This document shows positions 46,820 to 64,000 of a DNA stretch of 64,000 nt, piece by piece (position 1 is the first letter of the stretch; each line of letters opens with the position of its first letter). The stretch is taken from NCBI RefSeq assembly GCF_009914755.1, contig NC_060933.1; one strand, written 5' to 3'. Below the pieces are notes generated by a model. It searched no databases, was not told where the DNA came from, and worked only from the letters and a program-made list of their open reading frames with translations. Made by a program: the position numbers and the translations under genes. The stretch is from the human T2T-CHM13v2.0 reference genome, Homo sapiens.

Positions 46820-47000
46820 TCTTTTTCACCACCACACTCCCTCGAATGACTCACAGTTCTCCACTTCCTGTTTTGGAGGCGCTGGCCGGCATATAGCCAC
46901 AAGGGTAAGCTGTCATTTGGCTTTTCTTTTGCATTATGTCATTATTTGACATAAATATCACATTTGTTCTTGCAAATGCTCTCAGGAAGTGACATCACAA
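46820..47000. promoter_or_regulatory. Candidate intronic enhancer (AP-1, ETS x2, CRE-like, RUNX)
   Basis: TGACTCA 46847-46853, ACTTCCTG 46863-46870, CAGGAAGTG overlapping TGACATCA 46983-46997; motif evidence only. Confidence 0.35.
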
Positions 47001-47812
47001 CTTCTGTTCTCTTTATAATGACAGAATTACAATGCCTTCTGGTAACTTGTCAAGAATCAGAACAATTTATACAATGTCCATCCCTGGAAAGATCTTTGCA
47101 CATTTACTGAACTTAAATGAATATAAAAGCAGGAAAACCCTAAGTTTTATTATAAATGGATATACAGATAATATCGCCAGACTTTCTTTTTTGTAATTTT
47201 ATAATATCTCACTTTTTTTTTTTTAACCTTGATTTTACCGAAGGGTCAGCAGAGACAAAGGCAATGTTGGTGAGGCCATGTACATTTTCATCTCCTTGAG
47301 CTGGTACTGTGAGCAAGCTGTTCATCTCTCCACGCCAACCTCAATCTTCCTCTCTAAAAAAGGGACTGATGCTACTTTCCTAATCCTGCCATGACCTTTG
47401 CAAATAAAACACTTAACTGAACACACTGTAGTCCTCCAACTGAGGTAAATTAATTCCATCCTAATGCCATCTGGAATCCCAGAAGCAGTCATTAATTATA
47501 CAGTGTCTTGCCTGTAACTCAATACATGAAAAGACAAAAAGATTTACCTAAATGATCTTTTCAGAAACCACTGCACACCCCCCAAGATCAACCTTACATA
47601 AAGGGCAACATATTCTGCCTTTGGGAAATGAAACGATGCCCCTGACCCACCATCCATAAAGGATGTACTATGAGACATGAGTGCAAAGGACAATCCTGAC
47701 ATGTCCTAACATGCAACCGACGTTTACCCAGGGACCAAAGGAATGGATGTAATTTCTTGAGCTAAACTGCCCAAATGCTTGTATATAGGGTCCTTTAGAA
47801 GTCTCTCTATGT

Positions 47813-48110
47813 GGCCGGGTGTGGTGGTTCAAGCCTGTAATCCTAGCACTTTGGGAGGTTGAGGCTGGTGGATCACCTGAGGTCAGGAGTTCAAGACCAG
47901 CCTGACCAACATGGCAAAACCTCGTCTCAACTAAAAATACAAAAATTAGCCAGGTGTGGTGGTGCACACCTATAATCCCAGCTACTCAGGAGGCAGTGGA
48001 AGGAGAATCACTTGCACCCAGCAGGTGGAGGTTGCAGTGAGCTGAGATCGCAACACTGTACTCCGGCCTGTATGATGGGAGTGACACTCCATCTCAAAAA
48101 AATAAAAAAT
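47813..48110 (+). mobile_element. AluS
   Basis: Forward Alu; flanks agaagtctctct. Confidence 0.9.
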
Positions 48111-48275
48111 AAAATTTAAATTTTAAAAAAAAGAAGTCTCTCTCACCATTAGAAAGGATGCTGGTTGGGATTAAAGGCCAGTCTGTACCCAAGGAAACAA
48201 AAGAGGCCCCAACTGCATTGTTCTAACCACCCAAGTGCAGCCACCAACACAGAAGTCTTCTCCTCACCAAAATCA

Positions 48276-48870
<595 letters not shown>

Positions 48871-49571
48871 AAGTGATGAGTATATCATGGCACTGGCAGA
48901 GGATAGATGTGGTGAGTATTACAGTTTGCTTGGTGGGTAGATTCCTACTTGGTAGGGAAGACCACCACATCAGCCTTCAATATCCTTTATAATCACAGAG
49001 CTCTCTGTCCTTATTTTCCCGCCCCCAGCAACAAGATTTCCCAAATAGGTTTTCCATCCGGAGGAAACTACACTGACTGGCTGACACCAGCGTTCTTGCT
49101 CACTGGTAGTTACAGTCATGGTATAAATGTGCTAACTGCCATTCTGCCTTGTGGGTAACACGCTAAGTAAGACATACTGGGCACTAACCATTCACACTAG
49201 AGATGTTCTACATATGCCCCATCTTACTTAATCTTCTCAACAGGGCTACCAAGTGGATGATGTTTATAGAAGCAATCATTTGCTTCCTCTCTTGGGGTTC
49301 CTACCCATGCAATGTAGGAACTTCTTCCCTCTCCAAAGTATTAGGAAAAGAGCTTCCACCTGGCCTTCTATCCATCCCTGTGATTTGTGAAACAGCTAGT
49401 TCCCATGTAGCCCCATCCTTATTTTTTTATTTTTCTTTCTTTTTTTGGGGGGGGGGCGGGTGGGGGCTGCCTGAATGCAGGACAGGTGATTTCCCACCTC
49501 CCAGTCCTACTGTCCATCTCTAGGCAAACCTGAGTCACCTGCCTGAAGCCTGGTCTACATTTGCCCTATAG

Positions 49572-49911
49572 CCGGGGTTCCCAACCCCAGGTGGTGGGCC
49601 AGTACCAGTCTGTGGCCTGTTAGGAACCAGGCCACACAGCAGGAGGTGAGCAGCAGGTGGACAAGCATTCCTGCCTGAGCTCCACCTCCTGTCAGATCAG
49701 TGGCAGCATTAGATTCTCATAAGAGCATGAACCCTATTGTGAACTGTGCATACAAGGGATCTAGATTGTGCACTCCTTATGAGAATCTAATGCCTGATGA
49801 TCTGAGGTGGAACAATTTTATCCCGAAACCATCCCCCTACCCACCCCAGTCCGTTGGAAAACTGTCTCTGATGAAACCAGTCCCTGGCACCAACAAGGCT
49901 GGGGACCACTG
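49572..49911 (+). mobile_element. MER1B-like hAT-Charlie element
   Basis: TIRs c(a/c)ggggt(t)cccaacc ... ggctggggaccactg; internal cagcattagattctcata; 8-bp flanks ccctatag/cattatag. Confidence 0.88.
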
Positions 49912-49971
49912 CATTATAGCTTCCACTTCCCCATAGGTGGGGCACAAAGTGTAGGCGTGGGAGGAAGTTCA

Positions 49972-50352
<381 letters not shown>

Positions 50353-50627
50353 CTAACGCTTATGTATCTTCTTCAATTTCCCTAATCTCAGAGGTGGAAC
50401 AAGTACAGTTATTATCTCAGAAAAACTCATTTTATAGATGAGGAAATTGATACATGACAGATTGTTACTTGTCCAAAGGCCACACGATTAGCAAGTCGTA
50501 GAGTCAGAATGTGAACTCACGCTCTGCTTACACACCCCTCTCATTCACCTTGGGGTATCTTAAACATTTGGTTCTACCAATTGATCTGGCAAATTTTCAT
50601 CCCCTTTGAGTGAACTAACAAACTCTA

Positions 50628-50972
<345 letters not shown>

Positions 50973-51079
50973 TCAGCTCCAATAAAATGATCCACTTGCC
51001 ACAATTACTGCAGAGTTAGAGGTCTACCCAGTGTGGCTCACATCAGAGAAGCTAGACTACAGTTAAACTGCAGAAATAA

Positions 51080-51520
51080 TACGATGTAGTGGGTAGGAAC
51101 ACAGGACTTGGGTTGCTATCCTGGTTCTATCACTTATACCTCCAGCAGCCTCATCTGTTAAATAGGGGTAGAAACAACCTCTACCTGTTAGGCCTGTTGA
51201 GGGAATTAATGAGCCAATTCATAATGATTAACAATAATAGTTAATGAGTCAACACAAGTAAAGAGAATAAAACAGTGCCTGGAACACAGCAGCCGTCAGC
51301 GCCTGTTGGCACCTGTATGATATCACTTGAGCTACTAGTTGCCAATTCTATGCTAGGAACTTTGCCTCTGCTGTTTCAACAAATCCTCACAGCAGCTCTG
51401 CGTGACAATCATCTCTATCTTATCAGTGAGGAAATCAAGGCTCAGGCAGGCCGAGTCACACCACTAGAAGACGGCCGGCCGAGCCAAGTGTGGAACTCAG
51501 TAATTTGACTCCAAAGTCTC
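51080..51520. mobile_element. Two MIR fragments in opposite orientation
   Basis: ctcatctgttaaatagggg...aacagtgcctggaacacag, then gtgaggaaatcaaggctcagg...tgactccaaagtc. Confidence 0.6.
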
Positions 51521-52263
51521 CTTCGCTACATTGCCAGGCCATGACAATGCTTGCGTTCACTTTACCTGAGATTAAACCATGACCTAGAAGTAGAAACCTG
51601 GAATTACAAATCCCTGAGGAATGAGAGACCTCTGTGCCTGAGACCGTAAGGAACAGAGCTTGGGGGTCCTGGGGTGTCAAACACCAAGGATCTCTTAATT
51701 AGCAAGTTCAAAGGGAAGGGATGAATAGAAAAGAAAAAACTCAGAAATGACCCCAGGAGGGAGACCATAGGGACAGGTTTAGCTCCTTCCCAGCTTGAGT
51801 ACACAGGAAATGTCATTCAGGGAACTGTGACTTGTAATATAGAAAGAGGGTTCCTTACAGCACAGAGAGTGGCAACAGAAGCCAGGCGAAATAGGCAGTG
51901 TTCCTAAGTCAGGTCTGGAGTGGCATTCTGCTGAATGAACGGGGCTTGAAAGAAAACAAACCTGGAAGAGACCATGGAAAGCTGCAACCCTGTAATCGCG
52001 AAACTCCCAAAGATGGGACACCTTGTGCCTGAGATTCTCCGAGTCCGTACGTGTTGTCTTTTCATATGTTACATACTTTATATGTAAGTGCTCAGCATCC
52101 CTTTTTCTGTGGAGAGCGGCCCTTCTCCTTCCCATATGGTTCTTATGGGGCCAGCATTCCCAGTACTCCAAATCCCCACTGGCCCAGGGCCCAGTGATTA
52201 TGGATTGCCATTCCCCAGTCAGAAGATGGCTCAAAAAGAGCAATCTGTTTAGGAGATTGGAGG

Positions 52264-52577
52264 TTTTATTTTTTGTTGTTTATCTGTTTTTTTGAGATGG
52301 AGTCTCACTCTGTCACCCAGGCTGGAGTACAGTGGCATGATCTTGGCTCACTGCAATCTCTGCCTCCCAGGTTCAAGCTCTTCTTCTACCTCAGCCTCCC
52401 GAGTAGCTGGGACTACAAGGCATACACCACCATGCACAGCTAATTTTTGTATTTTTAGTAGAGATGGGGTTTCACCATGTTGGCCAGGCTGGTCTCAACA
52501 CTCCTCACCTCAGGTGATCCGCCCACCTCTGCCTCCCAAAGTGCTGGGATTACAGGCGTGAGCCACCACACCAGGCC
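52264..52577 (-). mobile_element. AluS
   Basis: Reverse Alu; flanks agattggagg(g)ttttatt. Confidence 0.9.
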
Positions 52578-52599
52578 TAGAAGATTGGAGGGTTTTATT

Positions 52600-52870
52600 C
52601 TTCTTCTTAGATTGTAGCTGTAAGTACCAGGTAGGCCAATAGTACAATGTCCATCCTCCCAGGTCTGGCTGGAAGAATTTGGCAGAAAGAGGGCCTCATG
52701 GCTGGAAGAGCAACGGGCCTGTGGTGACACCACGTGTGACTGAAGCTTGCTGTCTCCAAACAAGATCCATCCTGGGCCTTCCCAGTTCTGTGATCCCACA
52801 GATTCCACATGCTTAAGCTGGTTGGAGTTGGGTTTCTGTCACTTGCAACCAAAAGAGCCCTGACTATAGA
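52600..52870 (+). mobile_element. MLT1K/L-like LTR 3' part
   Basis: gcttaagctggttggagttgggtttctgtcacttgcaaccaaaagagccctgacta. Confidence 0.65.
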
Positions 52871-53409
52871 ATGCATCCAGCGCCTTGGTATTCTGTGGAA
52901 AGGCAGAACCCTCAGCTGTGTACTGGCAGGAACTCTGGTGCTAGGCCAAGTGAACACGGTAGGGAAGTGGTCCTTATGCATTTGTGCAAGAAGAATTGCT
53001 GTGAATTCCAGGCAAATGCTAAACCCCTTGGGTGGTGGAGACAGTGAGGACAGCAGGAAGAACTGCCTTAAGAATCCCCTTTAGACCCTGGACTAAACCA
53101 CCCCTCCTTCAAAGTCTATCACTGCATCAGCTCAGTAGGGCAAGGGAGGAAGGGCATGATGGAAGGAAAGAGAAAGAGCTATTAAAAACATATGTATGAA
53201 TGCCTCCCCCCCAATCCCCCCACCCTAGCCCTAAACCCTGCCACTGTGAACTGAAGGACTCTGAGGCCAAAATAGATTCTCAAGACTGTATTTACCAGAT
53301 TAGAAAATAGCTTTGGGGTAGAAACCCTCAATCTCAAATTATAATAAATAAAAACTTAGACCTGCCTGGACCTTTACAGTTGTTAAAGCACTACTATATA
53401 TATTATTCA

Positions 53410-54580
<1,171 letters not shown>

Positions 54581-55000
54581 CCAGGTGGAAGAGTAAGAGA
54601 ACTCTGTGGCCTTTATGAAACAGTGTTAGGTCTAGAATTTCTCCCAGAGTCTCTTAGACACTGCAATATAGATCATGTTTTTCCTAAACCTGCGGCATTG
54701 CCAGGTGTCCCAGGAGGTCACCTGGAAAAGCCTCTGCTTAGAGTCTAGGCCTCACATCACTCATTTGTTGAAATGAAGGTCTATGCTATTTTCAAGAGCA
54801 GTCCAGAGAGAGATTCTGTAGGATACAGCTGAGAAGACAACAGCTGGATTCCTGTGGCAGTGATGGAGGAGAGAGGAAAAGCCCACACATGTCCCCTGGG
54901 AACGTACCCCTTCCCCTTTGAGATCGAACTGCCCTCAGGCCCTTTGCTATCACCGAAATGCCCTTTCACTTGTGACGTTTTGTTGTCACAGTAAAATTAA

Positions 55001-55901
<901 letters not shown>

Positions 55902-56369
55902 TAAACTGATTTAGACCCAAGGCAAGAAATGGGTCCTGCCTGTGCTGGAAAATATAGCTCTTTCACCTTGGGTGTGTGAGATGGGAGAGGAACCAGAACA
56001 GAGACCTTCATTACCATCCTCGGATGTCAGGAATATCCCTCCTCTGCTAGAAGCAAATGGCAAAAGAAATCCTCACATGGAGGGAAATGTGGGGAAAAGT
56101 AATGAAGGAGAATTTGCTCTGCAAAAAAAAATATTAAATGTATCATAAAATTACAGCAATTGAAATAGTAAAGTACACGCACAGGACAGACAAACAGTGA
56201 AAAAAAGCTAGACAGTCTGGAAAGAGACCCAAAGAAATGCACCAGGTGGCATGGATGGTCAGTAGTTCCAAAGGTGATAGGGAACTGGCTTACAGCTGGG
56301 GAGAAAAATTACAATGTAAATTTAGCCTCATATCAGACATCAAAATAAATTCCAAATGAACCTAAGTGG

Positions 56370-56549
56370 TTTTGTTTTGGTTTTGTTTGTTTGTTTGTTG
56401 TAGAAAAGTGGTCTCACTGTGTCGCCCAGGCTGGGGTGCACTGGCATGATCATAGTTCACTGCAGCTTTGAACTCCTGGACTCAAGCAGTCCTCTCTCCT
56501 CAGCCTCCTAGAGCGCTGGAATTATAGGAATGTGCCACTGTGCCCAGCC
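56370..56549 (-). mobile_element. Alu monomer (FRAM-like)
   Basis: Reverse monomer with tttg tail. Confidence 0.8.
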
Positions 56550-56578
56550 TGAAACTAAATTTTAAGTGCAAAAAAGTA

Positions 56579-56867
56579 GGTCAGGTGCAGTGGCTCCCAC
56601 CTATAATCCTGGCTTTTTGGGAGGCCTAGGCAAAAATGATTGCTTGGGCTCAGGAGTTTGAGACCAGCCTGGGCAACATAGTAAGACCTCATCTTTACAA
56701 AAAGAAAAAATTAGCAGGGTGTGGTGACATGCACCTGTAGTCTCAGCTACTTGGGAGGCTGAGGCAGGAGGACTGCTTGAGCCCAGGAGTTTGAGGCTGC
56801 AGTAAGCTATGATTGTGCCACAGCACTCCAGCCAGGGCAACATAATGAAACTCAGTCTCAAAAAAAA
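56579..56867 (+). mobile_element. AluJ
   Basis: Forward Alu ~30 nt from the previous element, head to head. Confidence 0.88.
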
Positions 56868-57495
56868 TTGAAAAGAAAACAAAAGAGTAAATAGCCTTGG
56901 AGTAGGAATTTGTAATATTTATCAAAATATTAATATCACTAATGAAGGTAAACTATTAAATCAACCAAAGAAAAAGGGTAGTATAAGTACAAATGTGTTA
57001 AAATGTCTCTATGTAAAACCCATCAAAATGAACAAAAAGAACCAAAAATGGAAGAAAATTTTATCTGCATCAAAACTAAGCAACGTCTCCAACTTTGTAC
57101 TGCAAACTTCAAGTAAACACAAACAATTGAATTAAAACACAACTCCACCGCCCAAAAACCCAGTACAATGCTACTTTTCTGGATTTTCTATAATAAAAAG
57201 TAGGTAGAAAAATAAACACAGCATGATGGTTCTTTTCTAATCCTCAGGCACCTCTCCAGATATATCATCCCATCCAAGGCATGGTAAATTAAAATTGAAG
57301 GCAACAGAAAAAATAGTGTCTTCCACTACAAGTCATCAGCTAGATATATCTTCTCCATCAATAAAGTTATGAGACTTCACCTCCCAAGGAGAAGAAACCA
57401 ATTTCTTTTCACATGTACATCCTCAGTAGGCAGCACAGGTCTTTGTACATAACCAATCGAAAAATATTTGCTAGTGACTTCTCAAGACATCTCCT

Positions 57496-57836
57496 TTTAT
57501 TATTTATTTATTTTTATTCTTTTTTATTTCTTTCTTTCTCTCTTTTTTTTTTTTTTGTTTTTTTTTTTGAGACGGAGTCTCACTCTGTTGTCTAGGCTGG
57601 ACTGCAGTGGCACAATCTCGGCTCACTGCAACTCTGCCTCCCGGGTTCAGGAGATTCTCCTGCCTCAGCCTCCCAGGTAGGTGGGATTACAAGCACCCAC
57701 ACCACACCCAGCTAATTTTTGTATTTTTAGTAGAGACTGGGTTTCACCATGTTGGCCAGGCTGGTCTCGAACTCACCCACCTCAGCTTCCAAAAGTGCTG
57801 GGATGGGATTACAGGCATGAGCCACCGTGCCTGGCC
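57496..57836 (-). mobile_element. AluS with small internal deletions
   Basis: Reverse Alu. Confidence 0.87.
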
Positions 57837-59026
57837 AACCCATCTCATTTTTAACAAATACAAGTAAATAAATAAATATTTGCTAAATTAAATTGTTACA
57901 GCTCAGCAAGCCCCTCCCCCTCTCCCAACACACACAGAAACCCTAGTTTCCAGGCTTCTGATCTAAGAATACCTTCTCATGCACGTTTTATAAAAGCTAA
58001 CTTTGGCTGAGATTCAGATGCTGGTAGCAAGAGGGTCTGGGAGACACCCATCCCCACACAGCCATTTACTTGGGGGCTTGGGGTTTGTTTTGAAGCTAGA
58101 AAGCAGTTGGGAGATTTCTGGGAATGAGAGAAATACGTGGACTGTGGAAGCATGGAAGGGCAAACATGCCTCTCCTAGCGTGACCTAATGTTAGGGCTCC
58201 AGATATCAAAAGAGCCTGTGTCCACGGAAGACTTGGAAAGGAAAACAGCTGGCATGAAGGCCAGTCCCTCTGCTGACCTGTGGTACAGCTTCAGCCCCCT
58301 TGGAGCCAGGGGGGCCCCCAGGGATAAGTGTGGTACCTTGGAACCAGCCAGGGGAGATGGGTTTCTCACTGAGGACACAGGGGTACAGCATCCTTGGATG
58401 GTTTGTGGGTAACCAACCATGAAAGAGAAGCCTCGGTAAAAGAAACCAAGAGACCTAGTCCTGCACAGTCTTCCCTGAGGACATCCCATTGTGGAGGGCG
58501 GTGTCAGAGGCAGGGGCAGGGAGGATCAGGGCAGTCCTGGCTGGACCTCTCTGATAAAGTGACAATCTGATAAATGCCTGGGACACACCTGTGTTTTCCG
58601 TTGTTTTCCTAACCGTCTGAAAAAGTACTTTCCTTTTTCTTGTTATGAATACAATGAGAGATGGGAAATTTCTTGAAGAAGTTGCCAGCCTTGGTACTGA
58701 AGACATGGGAATAAATAATTTCCTTTTCATCTTTTCTTCCCTTTGCTCCTCCAGCATGCTTGGTTCCATAATAAACATTCCATCTCAAATGATCACCATG
58801 TTGTGTAAGACAAGTGGTCTGGTTTATCTCCACATTTACGTATGTATTGGCTTTCTCACGCTCACTCTCTCTCTCTCTCTTTCTCTCTCTTCCCCACCCC
58901 GCCCCCACCCACCCCCATCCTCCTCTCTCTGGTTTCCTCTTTCTCTCTCTATATAAGAAAATGTTGCCTACAAAGCTTTTAGACTTAGCAAGAAAATAGC
59001 ATACTCAGCTGGACAGTGGCTCATGC

Positions 59027-59640
<614 letters not shown>

Positions 59641-60845
59641 TAGCACACTCAACATGTGGATGCTCTTCTGACTCTTTGGGGCCTGCATCAAGGATGAAAG
59701 TTTGTTCCTCACCCTGTCCTAAAGGGGATGCGTGCCGTGGGGCTATCCTGAAGAATTCAGTTCAATGTGCCGTCTGCAGCCTATCAGCCAAGAGTCAGAA
59801 ACACCGTGAGGCCACAGCTCCATCTCACCCACCCCCTCGCCAGCCCCTGCTTTCCTGCATTCACCGAAACACTTGCCTCTGTCCCTCAACATTCCTAGAA
59901 CCTTCACTGTCCTCTGAGGTCAGCGATGTATTTAAAGCACTTGTTTTCATCCTGTTCCCATCAGTAAGATTTAACGTAAGACACTCAGAAGGGAAATTCC
60001 ACTCTCTTTCCTTCTGGGAAATGAGCAGCTACATTGTCCAGACCCAAATCCTTAGCCTAACACATCTGCCAAAATTCAAAAGTTCATGATTTTACCGAAA
60101 TAAGGCCACACACTTCTTAGGAAACCACGAGTATCTCTGCACATCAACACATAAGCTTCTCTTTTTTCCTCCTTTTATAAAAGAAAGGGGTTGGTTTTTT
60201 TTTTTTTTTAACTCTTTCATAAGATCAAAGCAACTTGATTTTTTTATGCTTCTTTAAAATTACGAGTCCTTTAAAGTGGGTAGAGTTGGAAAATAGGCAT
60301 CTCAATGAACATTAAACAGCTCAACAATGTCCCCTGGTGGCCATGAGCACAGAGAGAGGGAACTTGAGCCACTAAAGCTCTATTCAGCCTACCAAACAAG
60401 GAGTAAGTGTCTCATCAAGATGAAACCCCCTCCCCTTTACTCAAAAAAATATGCAATGGTCCTTCAAACCAGAAAAGCACAGCATCCAAATATGAGAAAG
60501 ACCACAGAGTAGGAAATGGAGATGGAGTCGCTATTCATTTTAATAAGTCACCACAGAAAGAAATGCCCAGACTGAACACCACTTGTCTCTCCAGCCCAAA
60601 ATGTGGGGAATTCTTTCTGGTAGCCAGAATTCATTGCCTAACCAGACATCTCCTCAACACCAATACCACCCACTGGCTGTTATTTTAAAATTTTGGGCTG
60701 TTATGCTATCTATCAGTACCATTCTTACCCACTGAGGGTTGAATGTAAAACATACAGACAAAAATCACTGTCTTCAGGAAGCTCCTATTTTAGTGGGAGA
60801 GAAAGAAAATAAAAAAAAAAATAAGTTTTTAGAAAACAAGCTCTA

Positions 60846-61150
60846 GGCTGGGCACAGAGACTCATGCCTATAATCTCAGCACTTTGGGAGGTGAGATGGG
60901 AGGATCACTTGAGGCCAGAAGTTCAAGACCAGCCTAGGCAACATAGGGAGACCCTCATCTCTACAAAAAATAAAAACAAAAAAATCCCTTTTGTAATTAG
61001 CCAGGCATGGTGGTGAGCGCCTATAGTCCCAGCTACTCAGCAGGCTGAGGCAGAAGGATTGCTACAGCCCAGGGGCTCAAGGCTGCAGTGAGTTATGATT
61101 GCACCACTGCACTCCAGCCTGGGTGACAGAGTGAGACCCTATCTCTAAAA
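60846..61150 (+). mobile_element. AluJ
   Basis: Forward Alu. Confidence 0.88.
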
Positions 61151-61169
61151 ACTAATAATTAATATTTTT

Positions 61170-62780
61170 TATTAATATGAAGCTCTATGAAGAAATTGAA
61201 GCAGGGTAAGTAGATACAGAGTACTAGCGTGGAGGCTGGTGATGGCAGTTGAGCAGGCACCTGAACAACTATGGAGAAGCCATATGTTGACAGTGTCCCA
61301 GGAAGTGTGAACTGCAGATGGAAAAGTCTGGAGGCTGGAAAAACTTTGACCCATTGAAGGAACTGCAAGAAGGCCAGGGAGACAGCTGATGCTTAATGGG
61401 AAAGGAGGAGAGCAGGGGGAGATGAATTAGAAGTAGGCAGGGGCCAGATGACATGTCCTATGATGAGGAACTTGGATTCCATTCTAACTTTAATGGAAAC
61501 TCACTGGAGAGTTTTGAGCTGGTGCTGACATGTTCCCAAATGCATTTTTAAAAGATCACTCTGAGTGCTGAGTGATCTTTTGAAAGTTATGGTGAAGACT
61601 AAGACTAAGGTCCAGGGTGGGAGGTATATAGGCAAGAGAAAACCAGTTTGAAAACTACAGCAGGAATCCAAGCAAGAGGTGGCTGTCTTGGATTAGGGTA
61701 GTTGTGGAAAAGGCACAGGTGGGGAGAAGTGGTGGAATTCAGAATATATTTCAGACAGCAAGCCAACAGGGCTTGTTGACAGATTAGAAATTTGGGGATG
61801 GGATAGAACCAATTAGGACTTGTTTTTGGTCTGAACAATTGGGTGAACAGAAATTCCAATAACAGACAGAAAGTAACAGATAGAAACAGAGAAGCCTGGG
61901 TGGAAACCGATTTGGGGGCGAGGGCAGAGGTGAGAAATCACAAGTTCCGTTTGATTTGCGTATTAGATGTTCAATAGGACATGTGTAGAAGTTGGGTGGA
62001 TATAGGAGTCTGGTGCTCAAAGGAGAGGCTGGGACTAGAAATTGATCTTTGGAAATCCTCTGCATATAGGTAATAGTTATAGCCATAAGACTGGTTGAGA
62101 TCACCTAAGCAGAAAGGGTAGATAATGAAGAAAAGGAGGCTGAAGAGGGGTCATAAAAGTAGATGGAGCTAGCAAAGAAGACTGAGAGGGGACAGCAAGG
62201 CAGAAGGAACCAAAACTAAGGGAGAGGGGGTTTCAAGAGGGAGGGAGTGTCAACACTATCGAAGAAATCAGATAAGAACAAAACTGGCCATTGGATTTGG
62301 CAAGACGGAGATCAAACGAAGAGCCTTTCAGTAAAGCAATGAAGACGTATGTTTCCCACGTGGGATGAGTGAAAGTGAGAACAGGAGGTAGGGCTGTGGA
62401 GCCTACAGAACAGCCATTTCTTTCAAGGAGTTTTTATAGAAAGGGGCGGAGAGAAGGCAAAGTAGCTGAAGACAAATATGGGCTCAAAGAAGGTCTGCTC
62501 ATTTTTTCTTTCTTTTCGTTCACAAGGAGGATGTTGCAACATGCTAGGCAATGCTGGGGATAATTCTGTATTGAGGGGAAGTGCTGATCAGGGAAGAAGG
62601 GATGGGATCTAAGGCACAAGTTGAGGGGATGGCAGCCTTACACACGAGCAGGGACAGGAAGGGAGGCAGAACAGGATGCAAGGAGGAACGGCAGGGCTGA
62701 GCGTGGGAAGTCCTCACCTGACTACTTCTAATTTCTCAGTGAAATAAGAATCAAGAAGCTAATATGCTTAGTATTTGCTC
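61170..62780 (-). mobile_element. L2 long fragment
   Basis: ggaacttggattccattctaa, cactggagagttttgagc, aagatcactctg, gactggttgagatcaccta, ggccattggatttggcaa, cctgactacttctaatttctcagtgaa. Confidence 0.75.
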
Positions 62781-62900
62781 AGAGCATGTGTGAAGTGGGT
62801 GTCACAGATGTGAAGAGGGAGGAGAAAATGAGTGGAAAGTGAATTTACTGGGGCCCTATAGCCAGAGGACTACAATCATTGTCCCCTGATAGTAATCTAC

Positions 62901-63197
62901 TTTTTTTTTTTTTTTTTTTTTTTTTGAGATGGAGTTTTGCTCTTGTTGCCTAGGCTGGAGTGCGATCTCAGATCAACACAACCTCCACCTCCTGGGTTCA
63001 AGCAATTCTCCTGCCTCAGCCTCCCGAGTAGCTGGGATTACAGGCACCTGACACCACACCCAGCTAATTTTTGTATTCTTAGTAGAGGTGGGGTTTCACC
63101 ACGTCAGCCAGGCTGATCTCGAACTGATCCTCACATGATCCACCCTCCTCAGCTTCCCAAAGTGCTGGGATTACAGGTTTGAGCCACTGTGCCTAGC
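62901..63197 (-). mobile_element. AluS
   Basis: Reverse Alu; TSD tagtaatctact. Confidence 0.9.
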
Positions 63198-63458
63198 TAG
63201 TAATCTACTCTTAAAGTACTTGCAACAGGATGCCAACTAAATATTCCTGAGAAAGAAAGAGCCACAAGCATTTTTTGTTTAAGTATAAAGTATTTTAAAT
63301 GCTTTAAATATCCAGAAGCTATACAACCAACACCATGGATGGACACACTACCCACATTTCATCAATGCTGACATTTTGTTTCAGGTATCTTCCCCCTCCC
63401 CCTCCCCACAGACCTCCCCTGTGGTTATTAGGTATCTTTTTAAAAATAAAACATAACA

Positions 63459-63760
63459 GGCTGGGCGCAGTGGCTTACACCTGTAATCCCAGCACTTTGG
63501 GAGGCCGAGGCAGGTGGATTGCTTGAGCCCAGGAGTTCAAGACCAGCCTAGGCAACATAGTGAAACCCCGTCTCTACAAAAAATACAGAAATTAGCCAGG
63601 CATGGTGGCCTATACAACTATAATCCCAGCTACTCAAGAGGCTGAGGCAGGAGGATCATTTAAGCCCAGGTCAAGGCTGCAGTGAGCCATGATCGTGCCT
63701 CTGCACTCCAGCCTGGGCGACAGAGCAAGACCCTGCCTCAAAAAAAGAAAAAAGAATAAA
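63459..63760 (+). mobile_element. AluJ
   Basis: Forward Alu; TSD aataaaacataacag. Confidence 0.9.
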
Positions 63761-63933
63761 ACATAACAGTCACAGAGGCGCCTTAAGGCACCTCTCCAAT
63801 TCCATGTCCTTCCTCCTCTCCCTGTTAAAGTTCATTATATAATGATAAAAAGCAACAGTGTTCCTCTTTATCAGGACCTATGAACAATTCTGTGGTAACT
63901 TTGTTAATCCAAATGCTGTTATTCAAGATTTAC

Positions 63934-64000
63934 CTGTTATCTGGGTTGTCAGGGAGATGACCACAGGAAGTTCCGAAGACAGAGCCCGGAGACTGACATT
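63934..64000 (-). CDS. SUSD1: SUSD1 coding exon (partial, cut by window edge): NVSLRALSSELPVVISLTTQIT(E)
   Basis: Open frame ending ACAG|gtaaat donor, phase 1, matching the next exon; not listed in the ORF track. Confidence 0.92.

Overview
This is primate (human-like) genomic DNA with about 43 Alu copies plus L1, L2, MIR, MaLR/ERV1 LTR and hAT relics. The only protein-coding content I can support is the 3' end of SUSD1 (sushi domain-containing 1) on the minus strand. Six exons (63934-64000 partial, 48337-48433, 43828-44086, 37798-37837, 27266-27359, ~26183-26891) splice in phase with GT-AG boundaries to 185 C-terminal residues ending ...[12 protein letters not shown]. Positions 1 to ~26,100 are downstream, repeat-rich flank. 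Almost all ORF-track entries are repeat-derived or chance ORFs. The most interesting signal is the SUSD1 C-terminal splicing architecture. The stop codon is split across the last junction (TG|A). The 40-nt exon re-creates a strong donor (AAG|GTGAGA) after splicing. Several alternative outcomes (exon skipping, intron retention, a distal in-phase acceptor at 11547) would give secreted or cytoplasmic-tailed products predicted to escape NMD. Several local template-switch scars are also visible, including a 46-bp copy of nearby unique DNA inside an Alu and a perfect 29-bp fold-back. Repeat subfamily names are from memory of consensus sequences and repeat boundaries are approximate.
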